DNA from: Rebecca billardiae RCC1528
Lineage: Eukaryota > Protista > Haptophyta
Assembly: GCA_965240325.2 (NCBI GenBank)
Contig: OZ251231.1
Span: 806,001-870,000 of the forward strand
Direction of reading: 5' to 3'
Length of the DNA: 64,000 nucleotides
Part shown: piece by piece, positions 21,342 through 32,205 of the stretch
How positions within the stretch are numbered: position 1 is the first letter of the stretch
Layout of the letters: each line of letters starts with the position of its first letter
Notes under the pieces: generated by a model
The model's database searches: none
What the model was told of the DNA's origin: nothing
Seen by the model: the letters and a program-made list of their open reading frames with translations, nothing else
Position numbers and translations under genes: made by a program

Positions 21342-22956
21342 TGGCCCGCGGTGCAGGGCGGAACGCGCAGCGTGGAGCCCGCTCCGTGGGCCCTAACCAC
21401 GTTTCAAAAAGATCTTTGATCAAGAAAAAAGGGACGGGGGGCGATTTTTAGGGCTGGCGGTGACCGAGTTTCGATTTTTGAGACCCTCTCTACACATGCA
21501 TTACGGAGAAATAACCGCGTCCACGACATTCCCCTATTCAATCGATGGACGGGACGTGAGCGGCCGTGACTTTAACGTAACGGTTCGTTACGAGCGATTT
21601 AGTTTGATAGTGAGATTGCCGCGAACCGATGTGACAATGTACGTCCCTTGAATCAGTTGATCAACTATTCAATCGCGCCCTATCTGTATCAGGAGCCGAC
21701 AAGGCAAGGGTCACTAGTAGCAGAGGGCCCAAGCTCGGCGTATATCTCAATACTATCTGACGCGAACGGACTTGGTTGGGCGCGCGCGTGGCCCCGGGCG
21801 GCGGCCCACCAGAGGCGGCCCGCGTTTGGAGGCGAGCCACGGGCACGAGGCTCACGAGCGACCGACGGGTGAGGACGGCGATGGGCAGGTGCGCGCGGCG
21901 AATGGCGCCTGGAGCGCGCGGCTGCGGCGGGTCCCGACTGCCGTCGACATCGCGTTCGTCGTGCCCCCGCTCACTCCGCGCGCCCCCGCCGCCCCTGCCG
22001 CCCTGTCGATGCCTCGGCGCGGCCTTGCGCGGCCCCGGCGCGTCCGCGAGCCGGCGCCGCAGCCGCCGCCCTGTGTTCGGGCTCTCGCAAGCTCGGGGGC
22101 AGCGGCGCCTGATGCCGGACTGATCGATCTCTGAGCCTTCGACTTCACCACGCGCCGCCCTTGCCATGCCTTTCCGGGGTCTCCCAGAACTCTTCTTGAT
22201 TGAGAGAGAGCAGGCGCGCCGACGATCCGAGTCCATCGTCGGTCGACTCTGAGCGAGGGCTACGCCTCGGAACTGAACGGTACTCTACGAGGAGGACGAG
22301 CTGCGCGGGCGACGGTGGTGCGTGACGTCCCCAGAGCTGGTCGTGCCTCTGCAACGCGTGCCGAGCCTGATCGAGGTGTGTCAGCTGCCCGTGCACGCGC
22401 GGCGAGTGCGCGAACCGGATCACCGGTGCCCTCGCACCTCGGCACCGTGCTCCCTCGGGCTGTCAGCTCCGCGTGGCCTGGCGTGCACGTAGAGTTGCGC
22501 TCATGCGTCGATCACGCCTCGCGCCCGCCTGTCGGCCGTCGCGCAGGCGCTGGTCGAACCCTACTCGGACCCTACTCCTCCAGCCCTACTCCCGGGCGCT
22601 GCCGGCGCGGGGGGTGACCCCGGGGACAGCGGTCAGCAGCAGCGGCCCGAACGAATCCGCGGCCCCGCACCGTGCTCCCTGGCTGTCAGCTCCGCGTGGC
22701 CTGGTGTGCACGTGGAGTCGCGCTCATGCGTCGATCACGCCTCGTCGCATCCGCCGCCTGTACACAATCGGCGCCGCGCCGGCGGCTGCAATGGGCCCGC
22801 CCGGCGCGGCGGGCGGCGGCGCGCCGCTGATGGAGTCTAGTTGTACGGGCATATGCAACTGGTCTGTCAATAGACGACTGCGACGGAGGGTGCACCGCCA
22901 CCGCGGGCCCTGAACTACGTTCGTTCTACGGAAAAAGGACCGCGGAACGCGGTCAT
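21342..22956 (+). mobile_element. Complete ~1.6-kb non-autonomous Helitron2/Helentron-like element (reference copy)
   Basis: 5' terminal GGCCCGCGGTG pairs with the subterminal CACCGCGGGCC (about 22899-22909). About 28 bp further on is the perfect hairpin GACCGCG-gaa-CGCGGTC (22938-22954). No TSD and no Rep/helicase ORF. Confidence 0.75.
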
Positions 22957-22994
22957 TATCATCCCGCGCGCACTACGACTGAGGCCTGCGCATA

Positions 22995-24488
22995 TCAGTC
23001 GCCGTCGGTGAAGTCATCGTCATCGTCGTCATCATCAAGTAAAGTGATCGCAGCTGTCCTTGAGGCGAGGCCGCTGGCAACGTCACGGGCCTCTGCTGCC
23101 GCCACCGGTCCCAGACCGGACGTGGACATCTCCCTCAAGAACACCTCGCCGGAGCTCGATGTTGCAGGCGGGCGTTCCGCCCCCCGCGACTCTGCAGCCA
23201 CAGCAGTGACGACGCCAGGTGCCAGGGCTCGCCGATGAGGCTGGACGCTTGCGCCTGCGCCCGTGGTGGCCGCAGCTGGAGCGCGTCCGCCTGGTACCAT
23301 CGTTGCGTAGATTCGGGCGCTGACCACTGGGCCGACTGTTCGGGACGAGCCCTTTAGCTTGAGCCTTTGCAGAAGCGAGGCGCAGTCCGCTTCGCTCCCC
23401 GCCTGCACGTACGCGTCGAAGAGCGCAGCCGACGTCGGGTACGCGTCCAGCACCGCCGTCGCAATCTTGGCGGAGCAGCCCTGCACCTGCATCAGCATCT
23501 TGCCGAACGCGTTGGTTGCAGAGTGCTCGTCGCGCTTGGACAGCGTGCGCTGGAAGTCCGCGAACGTGAGCCGCGCGCCGTGCTGATCGGCCGCGAGCAC
23601 TGCGGGGGTGTCTCCAGCCGCGAGCAGCGCCTGAAGCCGTGCGTGCGTCGACGCGAGCATCTCCACCGTGCCCGCCAGGTCGTGCGTGTGTGCAATGTTC
23701 AGCTGCGAGTGGCAGAAGGTGTGTGCAACTGCGGTGAGCATCGCGCGCTCCGCACGCTCGCGCCATGCGGGCGGGGCGAATGTGGAGGATGTGCGCTTCT
23801 GCTGCGGGGCGAGGGGCCCTTCCACGACGTACGCGATGTGCCGCAGGCCCATGGCCCGCGACTTTGCGAGGCGGTACTTCTGCTCGTGGTACCTGCCGTC
23901 GCGCACAGAGGAGGCGAGGTCATTGCTTGTTTTGCGCTCTGCGATGCAGTTGAGGAGCACCTCCGTGCCGGACGGGTCGCGGCAGAGCCAGATGTAATCG
24001 CCGACGGCAAGCGCCCGGCGCTCACAGGCCACTCCACGCGCCTGCAGCTCCGACACGATCCGCTGCGACGGGCTCGCCCCGGCCACCCCCCTCGAGCGTT
24101 CCATCGCATCCACGATCAGAATGAGCGATGGCTGTGAGCCGGGAGCCAGGCTGGCGGGGCGCTCGGGCTCAGGCCTTGGAGCACGCGCCGCTCGGACATG
24201 ATCGATCATGGCTTGTGCCAGCAGGTCGACCTCTGTGCGCGCGGCGAGCTCCGTGTCACTTGCAAGGCACGTGTCGATTGCGACCGCAAGGTCCTGCGAC
24301 ACGTTCTCCAGGACATCGTGAGCGAATCCCCCGCTGCGGATGACGGCGGGGTAGCGTGCGAGCGACTCGAGGGCGTGTGTCGTCCAGCCACGCTTGCGCA
24401 GCGCGTCGATGAGTCGAGCATTCGCCGTCGGGTGGCACTGCGAAGCCGGCCGACCGGGCGAACCCGCCGTTGGCTCGAACTCCTCCAT
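22995..24488 (-). CDS. MUS81: Crossover junction endonuclease MUS81
   Basis: ERCC4 motifs IVDAME, LAVGDYIW and ERKTSNDLASSVRDGRYHEQKYRL. N-terminal SLARYP HhH and C-terminal MLMQVQGCS/RTVGPVVSARIY HhH. Confidence 0.92.
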   Translation of the reverse strand: MEEFEPTAGSPGRPASQCHPTANARLIDALRKRGWTTHALESLARYPAVIRSGGFAHDVLENVSQDLAVAIDTCLASDTELAARTEVDLLAQAMIDHVRAARAPRPEPERPASLAPGSQPSLILIVDAMERSRGVAGASPSQRIVSELQARGVACERRALAVGDYIWLCRDPSGTEVLLNCIAERKTSNDLASSVRDGRYHEQKYRLAKSRAMGLRHIAYVVEGPLAPQQKRTSSTFAPPAWRERAERAMLTAVAHTFCHSQLNIAHTHDLAGTVEMLASTHARLQALLAAGDTPAVLAADQHGARLTFADFQRTLSKRDEHSATNAFGKMLMQVQGCSAKIATAVLDAYPTSAALFDAYVQAGSEADCASLLQRLKLKGSSRTVGPVVSARIYATMVPGGRAPAAATTGAGASVQPHRRALAPGVVTAVAAESRGAERPPATSSSGEVFLREMSTSGLGPVAAAEARDVASGLASRTAAITLLDDDDDDDDFTDGD

Positions 24489-24606
24489 GCTGCCGCGTTC
24501 ATTCAAAGGGCGGTCGTAATAAACGGCGTTAGAACTTACTGTTTACTATGATTTAGTCGTCCGGCCTTTTCGGTCCGGTCCTGCTCGGTCCAAGAAGGTG
24601 CGAAGC

Positions 24607-25698
24607 ATGCCGGTCGGCCTCTCGGCCTCGCGAGCTGCTATCGTGGCGACGGCCTTTCTGTCCACGGCGGCAGCAGCGGCGTCGATCCTGGGTGGCGATG
24701 GCCCTATCTTCGGGGCTGGGGTTAGCGGCGGCGCCGGTCCCGTGCTCGCGCAGATGCCATCCCGAATGCTGCCCCTGGCCAACTCGCGCGTGCTGCTGAC
24801 CGGGGACCGATCATCGGCATCGCCACGTCTTGCCGCCGCCCTCGCGGAGCGCGGCGCCCGGCCGATGCTTGCGCCCACAGTGCAACTCGAACCCTGCTCC
24901 GAATCCGGCTTCACACCGCTCGACGAGGCGCTCATGCGGCTGACCGACTTTGACGTGATCTGCTTGCCGTTTGCCGACGCTGTCCGGGCGGTCCACGACC
25001 GCTCCATGGCGCTTGTCGGGTTCAACTCGCAGATGATGATGAACATTCTCAGCTCTGCGCGTCTCGCGGCTATCGGCTCGGATGCTCTCCTCGTGAAGGA
25101 GTTGCTCGGCGTGTCAGCCGAGATCGTGCCAGCCCAGCCGACGCTCGCGGGACTTGCGGGCCTGCTCGAGAGCCTCAGTCTCGCGCGGCCAGGAGCGCGG
25201 ATCCTGTGCGTCCTCCCCGTGTTCGCCGAGCTCACCGAGCCGCCAGCATTCGCCTCGTTCCAACGCCAGCTCGAGAGCACGGGTGCGTCCATCACGCGCG
25301 TGGCCGCGTGCATCGCGTCGCCCGCGTCGAGCGCAGACGTCGATGTCGAGCTGGGGCTGCTGCGTTCGGGCGCGTGCGACTCGATCGTCTTCACGTCGGC
25401 GCCGGAAATCGACAGCCTGCACCGCCTGCTTGCGGCGACGGGCTCGTCCTCGAGCGACGCGAGCGAGCAGACGGGCGTGTCCGCCGTGGAGTGGTCGACG
25501 CTCCTCCCGATGAACGAGAATGGCGAGCTCGCAGTCACGATCGCGTGCCACGGCGCCGAGGCGATCGCTGCTGCGGAACTCTGGGGGCTCCCCGTCGATG
25601 CATCGTCCGGGCTGGGCGTAGTCGAAGAGCTGGTGGCCAACCTCGAGGAGGCTGCCGTCTGCAAGAGGGCTGCGAGCGGTGGTGGGCTGATCTTGTGA
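24607..25698 (+). CDS. Uroporphyrinogen-III synthase (HemD/UROS)-like protein, probably plastid-targeted
   Basis: RVLLTG, LAERGARP..APTVQLEP, LTDFDVI, AAIG.D, PVFAELTEPP, DSIVFTSAPEI and IACHG resemble cyanobacterial-type HemD. The N-terminus is signal-peptide-like. Confidence 0.75.
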   Translation: MPVGLSASRAAIVATAFLSTAAAAASILGGDGPIFGAGVSGGAGPVLAQMPSRMLPLANSRVLLTGDRSSASPRLAAALAERGARPMLAPTVQLEPCSESGFTPLDEALMRLTDFDVICLPFADAVRAVHDRSMALVGFNSQMMMNILSSARLAAIGSDALLVKELLGVSAEIVPAQPTLAGLAGLLESLSLARPGARILCVLPVFAELTEPPAFASFQRQLESTGASITRVAACIASPASSADVDVELGLLRSGACDSIVFTSAPEIDSLHRLLAATGSSSSDASEQTGVSAVEWSTLLPMNENGELAVTIACHGAEAIAAAELWGLPVDASSGLGVVEELVANLEEAAVCKRAASGGGLIL

Positions 25699-26269
25699 CG
25701 AGAACCTCAACCTTACTCGTGGATTCTCGGCATATCGTCGCATCGGCGCCATTGTCAGTAGTGCAGCCTCAGCGCGACTTACTTCTCCTACGACGGTCAA
25801 CCTACGCGCGAGTGATGCACTCACGGACTCACTCAGTCTCACGGTGTCCCCGGCCGGAGGCGGAGGGAACGACTCAACCCCCCCAGACGCGCAGTCACCC
25901 AACGGCAACTCACCCCGATCACTATCCATGATGGCGCCGAACGGAAGCCAGCCGACGCTCTGTGCCACTGCCGATCTGTCTGGCGTCGACGCGTGCGCGG
26001 CCACCGCGTCCGCGGTAGTGATCATCAATAACTGATCGCGATATATATGCAAGGCCCGCGGACCGGTGACTCAGGCACCGAGTTCCGGCATCGTCATCGT
26101 GATGATCGATCGTGCAGCTGTCGTTAATACGGCGGTCGTCGTCCGTGGCTAAGTCAGTAAGTGCAGAGTGCTGCCATCGTCGTCATCAATTATGCCACTG
26201 CGCGATGTGATGACGATGATGCTGACGCTGTGATAATGATGATCGATCATCTCGTCGATCCGGGATAGC

Positions 26270-26270
<1 letters not shown>

Positions 26271-26358
<88 letters not shown>
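26271..26358 (+). repeat. (AG)n microsatellite, about 44 units
   Basis: Directly visible. Confidence 0.97.
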
Positions 26359-26360
<2 letters not shown>

Positions 26361-26675
26361 AGTTTATGCTGACTATAAAAGTCCGCCGTAGTTAAGCTAC
26401 TCTCTGTCTCCCTCATAATCGTAGTCAGCTGTTTCACTCCTAAGTCTCAGGTCCGTTGACAGGACGGTGTACTACTAACTACTAACTAGTCACATCAGAC
26501 TCATCAGAGTCCGAGTCTACCGTGGACTCTACTGAGTGTCAGTCTGAGTGCCTAGCTGCTAATCAGTTACTACTGCGCCTCTGCTGGCTATTGCTAACTG
26601 ACTAGACTGTAACGACGTACGTTTATTTACATTCGTCATATCTAACTACCTAAGCTACGTACGATTCCACGACGT

Positions 26676-29619
26676 ACATGCAGCATCACCTGGTACTTAC
26701 GGGACGTCGCGCAGGTCTACTGCTCTGAGTCCGTTCGAATCATTCGATCGGTCATTTTTCGGAATCGTGCGCGGCGGCTCTGGCCGAATTTCGATATGAA
26801 TTTATGGCGCACGGCCCCCCCGAAAGGTCTGAGCGTGAGCGAAAGCCGGGGGGGGCGGCGCACGTGCTCCGCAAAATCAAAAAAGAGGATGCGCGCGCAG
26901 GATTTGGGGGATTTTTGTAGGTGGATTTAGGTGTGAAACCGCAGCATTTGTGTCCATATCGCTGCTCATGATTGCGTTTGTACTGCTCCTTAATCCTTGG
27001 ATAGTAAGTAATAGAAGAAATCGAAATCAAATAGGACGAAGTCATCTCTGATACCATTCTGATAGTCAAGATTCGTGTGTTGAACTGACCATAAAAAAGG
27101 TGAGATATCGAACTAATTCTCTGGATAGCTGTTCACTCCTCAGATTCATCAAAGCGACGCGATATGGTATTGCGCGGGTAGCTTGAATCGACGTTCCCGC
27201 GCGCCCTGGCCTTAGTCTTGGCCTAATGTGGGTGGCATTCGACGTACCTCTATCTGCGAGGATTAACAGCTCTCTGAAAACGAGTGTGTCCTGGACAGCT
27301 TGAAAGGGGAAATCCAAATTTTGCGGTTTTAACCCAAGATTCTCATGCCCATATTCAGCATGAGTAGTCATAGGACAATTCATCGGTGAACAGAATCAAG
27401 AAGCCTGGCTTCTTGATATCGAGATCCGATTCACAAAGCCAATCAGCGTGGTCTCCAACTGGCTTGTTAATCACCTGAAAATTGTAATGGTGATTAGTGA
27501 TCACCCGCGTGTCGATGTGATTATTGTGAGCAGCCTGAAACCATAATAATAAGCGCGAGTTGCGAGTCGTGAACCGTCACTTTTAAAATCGGACCCCCGT
27601 GCGAGGCGTCGCGCCGCGGACGGCGGCGCCCGGCGTGAGTGACGGCGTCCGCCGGGCCGCCGTGGGCGATGGCGCGCGGCGCGTGACCCGACGTCGCTCG
27701 CGCGGCTATGGACTCGCTCGAGGGAGCGCTGTGCGCGCTCGCCGAGCCGCCGCTGCCCGCCGCCGCCGCAAGCCGCAGGCCGCTCGCGCGCCGCGGCCGC
27801 GGCGAGGCGCGCCGGCGGCGGCGGCGTGGCGCGCTGCGGAGGCGCCGCTGCTGCCGCCGCGCGCGGCGCAGCGGCTTCTCGCGCAGTGGTCGGGCGCGGC
27901 GCTGTGGCTCGCACCACTGCACCGCGCCCTCGTGGCGGACGGCGGCGCACGCGGCCGCGGCCGTGTGGGCGATGGCGCGCGGCGCGCGACCCGCGGCGCT
28001 CGGCCGTGCGGGCGCGCTCGCGCGGCTATGGACTCGCTCGAGGGAGCGCTGTGCGCGCTCGCCGAGCCGCCGCTGCCCGCCGCCGCAGCAAGCCGCAGGC
28101 CGCTCGCGCGCCGCGGCCGCGGCGAGGCGCGCCGGCGGCGGCGGCGTGGCGCGCTGCGGAGGCGCCGCTGCTGCCGCCGCGCGCGGCGCAGCGGCTTCTC
28201 GCGCAGTGGTCGGGCGCGGCGCTGTGGCTCGCACCACTGCACCGCGCCCTCGTGGCGGACGGCGGCGCACGCGGCCGCGGCCGTGTGGGCGATGGCGCGC
28301 GGCGCGCGACCCGCGGCGCTCGGCCGTGCGGGCGCGCTCGCGCGGCTATGGACTCGCTCGAGGGAGCGCTGTGCGCGCTCGCCGAGCCGCCGCTGCCCGC
28401 CGCCGCAGCAAGCCGCAGGCCGCTCGCGCGCCGCGGCCGCGGCGAGGCGCGCCGGCGGCGGCGGCGTGGCGCGCTGCGGAGGCGCCGCTGCTGCCGCCGC
28501 GCGCGGCGCAGCGGCTTCTCGCGCAGTCGTGGTCGGGCGCGGCGCTGTGGCTCGCACCACTGCACCGCGCCCTCGTGGCGGACGGCGGCGCACGCGGCCG
28601 CGGCCGTGTGGGCGATGGCGCGCGGCGCGCGACCCGCGGCGCTCGGCCGTGCGGGCGCGCTCGCGCGGCTATGGACTCGCTCGAGGGAGCGCTGTGCGCG
28701 CTCGCCGAGCCGCCGCTGCCCGCCGCCGCCGCAAGCCGCAAGCCGCTCGCGCGCCGTGGTCCTGGCTGAGGCGGGCGGCGGCGGCGCGGCGCGCGCCGCG
28801 GAGGCGCCGCTGCTCGGCCGCCGCGCGCGGCGCCGAGCAGCTTCTGCCTTCTCGCGAAGTGGTCGGGCGCGGCGCTGTGGCTGCTCTGCGCGCAGCGCGG
28901 CTGCGCACACAACGCGCGTGCGAGCTCGCGTGCACCCCCGGCGCCGCCGCCCGGCTGTCGGATCTTATTGCGCGCCGCTCTGCCTCAGCTGCGTCGCCGT
29001 TCACACTGAGCCGAGCAGTTGGCAGTCGGCTGACTCGCCAGTGTGACTCGGCTGCACGGCGCATGCACCGTCCGACCGTCCGACCGTGTCGTCACAAGCC
29101 GGCTGCTAGGGCCGTGCGCCCTCAACTTCGTTGTTCACTACCCGAAGATCGGCGTAGCCGATCATTTATACTAACAATTAGACCGACGATGATCATGGAA
29201 TATGCACTCTGCACTCGGACACATCATCATGATGCCAGCTGCCAGCACTCAGCAGTTGTCATCAGTCAGCACCATCCGTAGTTAGAGTCTGCATGCTGTA
29301 CTAAGTCAAGTACTCAGGCACGGTCTGCTCGGCCGACATGCAGCATCACCTGGTACTTACGGGACGTCGCGCAGGTCTACTGCTCTGAGTCCGTTCGAAT
29401 CATTCGATCGGTCATTTTTCGGAATTGTGCGCGGCGGCTCAGGCCGAATTTCGATATGAATTTATTTATACTAACAATTAGACCGACGATGATCATGGAA
29501 TATGCACTCTGCACTCGGACACATCATCATGATGCCAGCTGCCAGCACTCAGCAGTTGTCATCAGTCAGCACCATCCGTATAGTTAGAGTCTGCATGTAC
29601 TAAGTCAAGTACTCAGGCA
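26676..29619 (+). mobile_element. Split-direct-repeat (A1...B1-A2-B2) non-autonomous element, Ngaro/PAT/TOC1-like
   Basis: A: 26676-26805 is nearly identical to 29336-29465. B: 29164-29320 is nearly identical to 29464-29619. The interior is non-coding and holds a tandem array. Confidence 0.6.
27660..28885 (+). repeat. ~320-bp GC-rich tandem repeat, about 3.8 copies
   Basis: The anchor GCTATGGACTCGCTCGAGGGAGC occurs at 27705, 28025, 28345 and 28668. Confidence 0.95.
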
Positions 29620-30290
29620 GCTGCCGTCGTACCGTACTCCGTAGTCGGTCGGTAGTTATTAGCTATAGAGTATAGTGACTACTTAGGCGCCGGTTAGCTG
29701 ACGCATTAGGCGCCATACGGCATAGTAGCATGCAGTATATTGCAGTTATTTGTTTGTCATTGTGTCAGACACTGAGTGAGTATAACTAGTCGCGGACCGA
29801 CAGTGACTGAGTACTCACACTTCACAGTGACAGACTGACAGTCACTAGTCAGTGGCCCGAGCGGCGCTGCGGCGCGGGGCCCTGGCAGCGGCTAGCAGCA
29901 CTCCGCGCCCCGCCCGGCCTTGCCCTTATTGGCGCTGCCGTGCACACCAGCACCCCCGGGCGGGGCATGCAGTACTACTATGACTAGCATTACGATACTA
30001 GCAGACTCTAACAATGCACATTCAGCTAACAAATTGACACAATTATAACCGGTCGACACCAGCAGGATGATGCGAACCTAGTCTCGATGTGAGACGACGC
30101 TGAAGTGTTGCTGTGCGAGCGGCCCGCTGGGATGAGGCATGAGACTCTTTGATTCAGGTGGACGAAGATGACGCCGCAGCCGAAATTCGCTTGAAGGTGC
30201 ATGCGGCGGTAGGTCTGCAGCGTTCCATGCACGGCCTTACTTGGCACTTGCGGCAGTACGAGTGCAACTGCAAGGAAACAGGCAGCTTCC

Positions 30291-30656
30291 CTATCCAGCG
30301 CGCGTGCGCGCTCCCTGCACGGCGTCGTCGTACTGAGCGCGTGTGAGAGCCCCACAGCTGAGCGCGTCGTCAAGCGCCTTGAGCTGTTTGCTGAGGAGCG
30401 AGTTCCCCTGCTCCGTGGCACTGGTGCTCTGCTTGCTGAAGATGCGGTCATAGCCGGAGGCGAATCGGTTGTTGAAGCCCCAGCCACCTTCCGTTGGCTT
30501 GAAGGCGATGTCGGTGCTGTGCAGGCGCTTCTCCCCGCTAGCAGCGTCGCTAAACTCACGGCGCGCTCCGTACTGGCAGCGGCGCCAGCACCCGATCATC
30601 ACCTCGTTGACACGCGCATGCGACCCAGCGCGGCGGAGAGCAATAGCCGACGCCAT
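30291..30656 (-). CDS. Small protein with a possible mitochondrial presequence and C-terminal SHOCT-like helix pair
   Basis: Arg-rich N-terminus, STDIAFKPTEGGWG motif and LKALDDALSCGALTRAQYD. Confidence 0.55.
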   Translation of the reverse strand: MASAIALRRAGSHARVNEVMIGCWRRCQYGARREFSDAASGEKRLHSTDIAFKPTEGGWGFNNRFASGYDRIFSKQSTSATEQGNSLLSKQLKALDDALSCGALTRAQYDDAVQGARTRAG

Positions 30657-30774
30657 TGAGGTGGGTGCCCTGAAAGCTGTGGGCGTGACAGGATCGATTC
30701 CAGACGCCGTCGTCGGCTACTCGGCTCGGCACGTCGACTTCGGCAGAGGACGTACCCTAGATCCATACCAAGGG

Positions 30775-31884
30775 GAGTCAGGGTACAGCACGTCCAGTTG
30801 GGCTGCAGCTGGAGCTTGGGTCCAAAAGCTTCCCGCCGCGCAGCGGCACTCGCCGCCGCCGCCGCCGTCGATGGGCGGTTGTGGCGCGCACGGCGTGAGC
30901 CGCTGCGGGCGCTGAGGTGCGCGCGACGGCGGCGCGCCCGGCGGCGCTGCTGTAGGAGACCACTGCCATCCTCTCTGCCCCGCGCGCTTCGCTCGTCGTC
31001 GCCGTCTCCGCGCCTGCGACCAGCGCGCACGCGATCGCCGCACCGCCCGGCAGCCGGGGCAATCTCAGCCGTGACTGCGCATGTGCGTCGCGACCTGGTC
31101 GGCCCAGCGCGCGAGGCGCGTGCGGGCGAGGCAGGGCCAGTGTGGCCGCGCGCCATGCCGCCTCGACCTTGCGCCGGTGGGCATGTCGCCGGCCTTGCAC
31201 CTCTGTCGACAACGTTGACAACCAATGCGGCACGCAAGCGCAGACGTCAGTGTGCACGATCGAGGCAGTAGGCGTACAGACGCGATAGTTGCAGAGCCTT
31301 TTGTGATCATGCGAGTCATGCATTGTCAGCGACTCTCGCCCAGGTCGTCTGCGCGCTGAACTGACGTTTTGACTGAGTGCCTCGAGATCGCCTCGACGAT
31401 GGCCCGTGCATTGCTTGAACACTCACCACAGTCCAAGCGGGCAACCAGACACATGTGCTCAGTTCCCTGTTGTACGCTCTGATGGGCTTACTTGAGGCGG
31501 CATGGCGCGCGGCCACACTGGCCCTACCTCGCCCACACGCGCCTCGCGCGCTGGGCCGACCAGGTCGCGACGCACATGCGCAGTCACGGCTGAGATTGCC
31601 CCGGCGGCCGGGCGGTGCGGCGCTCGCGTGCGCGCTGAGTCGCAGGCGCGGAGACGGCGACGACGAGCGAAGCGCGCGGGGCAGAGAGGAGGGCAGAGGC
31701 CTCCTACAGCAGCGCCGCCGGGCGCGCCGCCGTCGCGCGCACCTCAGCGCCCGCAGTGGCTCACGCCGTGCGCGCCACAACCGCCCCTCGACGGCGGCGG
31801 CGGCGGCGAGTGCCGCTGCGCCGCGGGAAGCTTTTGGACCCAAGCTCCAGCTGCAGCCCAACTGGACGTGCTGTACCCTGACTC
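30775..31884. mobile_element. Foldback element: ~390-bp inverted arms around a ~330-bp spacer
   Basis: 30775-31164 is the near reverse complement of 31494-31884. No TSD identified. Confidence 0.7.
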
Positions 31885-31955
31885 ATTCTATGATTTAACG
31901 ACACAGGTAGGACGGCGCAGGTCTCCTGATTCGTCGTCGGCAGTGCCCGATCGTC
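31875..31955 (+). repeat. ~80-bp dispersed repeat, with an inverted copy at 35475-35555 and the 22-bp core again at 52945-52966
   Basis: ATTCTATGATTTAA(C/A)GACACAG core in all three. The first two extend through GTAGGACG...GTGCCCGATCGTC. Confidence 0.85.
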
Positions 31956-32049
31956 CCCTTGTCCATACTCCGCGCGACATTCTGAATTCGCGCCAGCTGG
32001 CGACTTTCCGAGCGACCGCGGGCGGAGGCGCCGGCCTTCCTGGAGAGCC

Positions 32050-32205
32050 ATGGCGGGGTGGGATAGGAAACTCATGGATCGGACGCCACTTCTGCTCGCT
32101 GCCGTGGTCGGCGTCCTGAGTGGCCTGTACGTCTTTGATCCTATCCTCAAGCAGGAGGCGGAGCGCCAGCGCCTGCTCAAGAAGCACGGAGAATCGCCGT
32201 GGTGA
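32050..32205 (+). CDS. 51-aa single-pass microprotein, PIGBOS1-like
   Basis: MAGWDRKLMDRTPLLLAAVVGVLSGLYVFDPILKQEAERQRLLKKHGESPW*. The TM pattern (A..G...G.Y.F.P) and charged tail recall PIGBOS1. Confidence 0.65.
   Translation: MAGWDRKLMDRTPLLLAAVVGVLSGLYVFDPILKQEAERQRLLKKHGESPW

Noticed and set aside
26186-26437. ORF with a poly-LS tract
   Set aside because: It is a translation of the (AG)n microsatellite.
27501-29281. Arg/Ala-rich ORFs in all six frames
   Set aside because: They arise from a stop-poor 320-bp tandem repeat whose length is not a multiple of 3.
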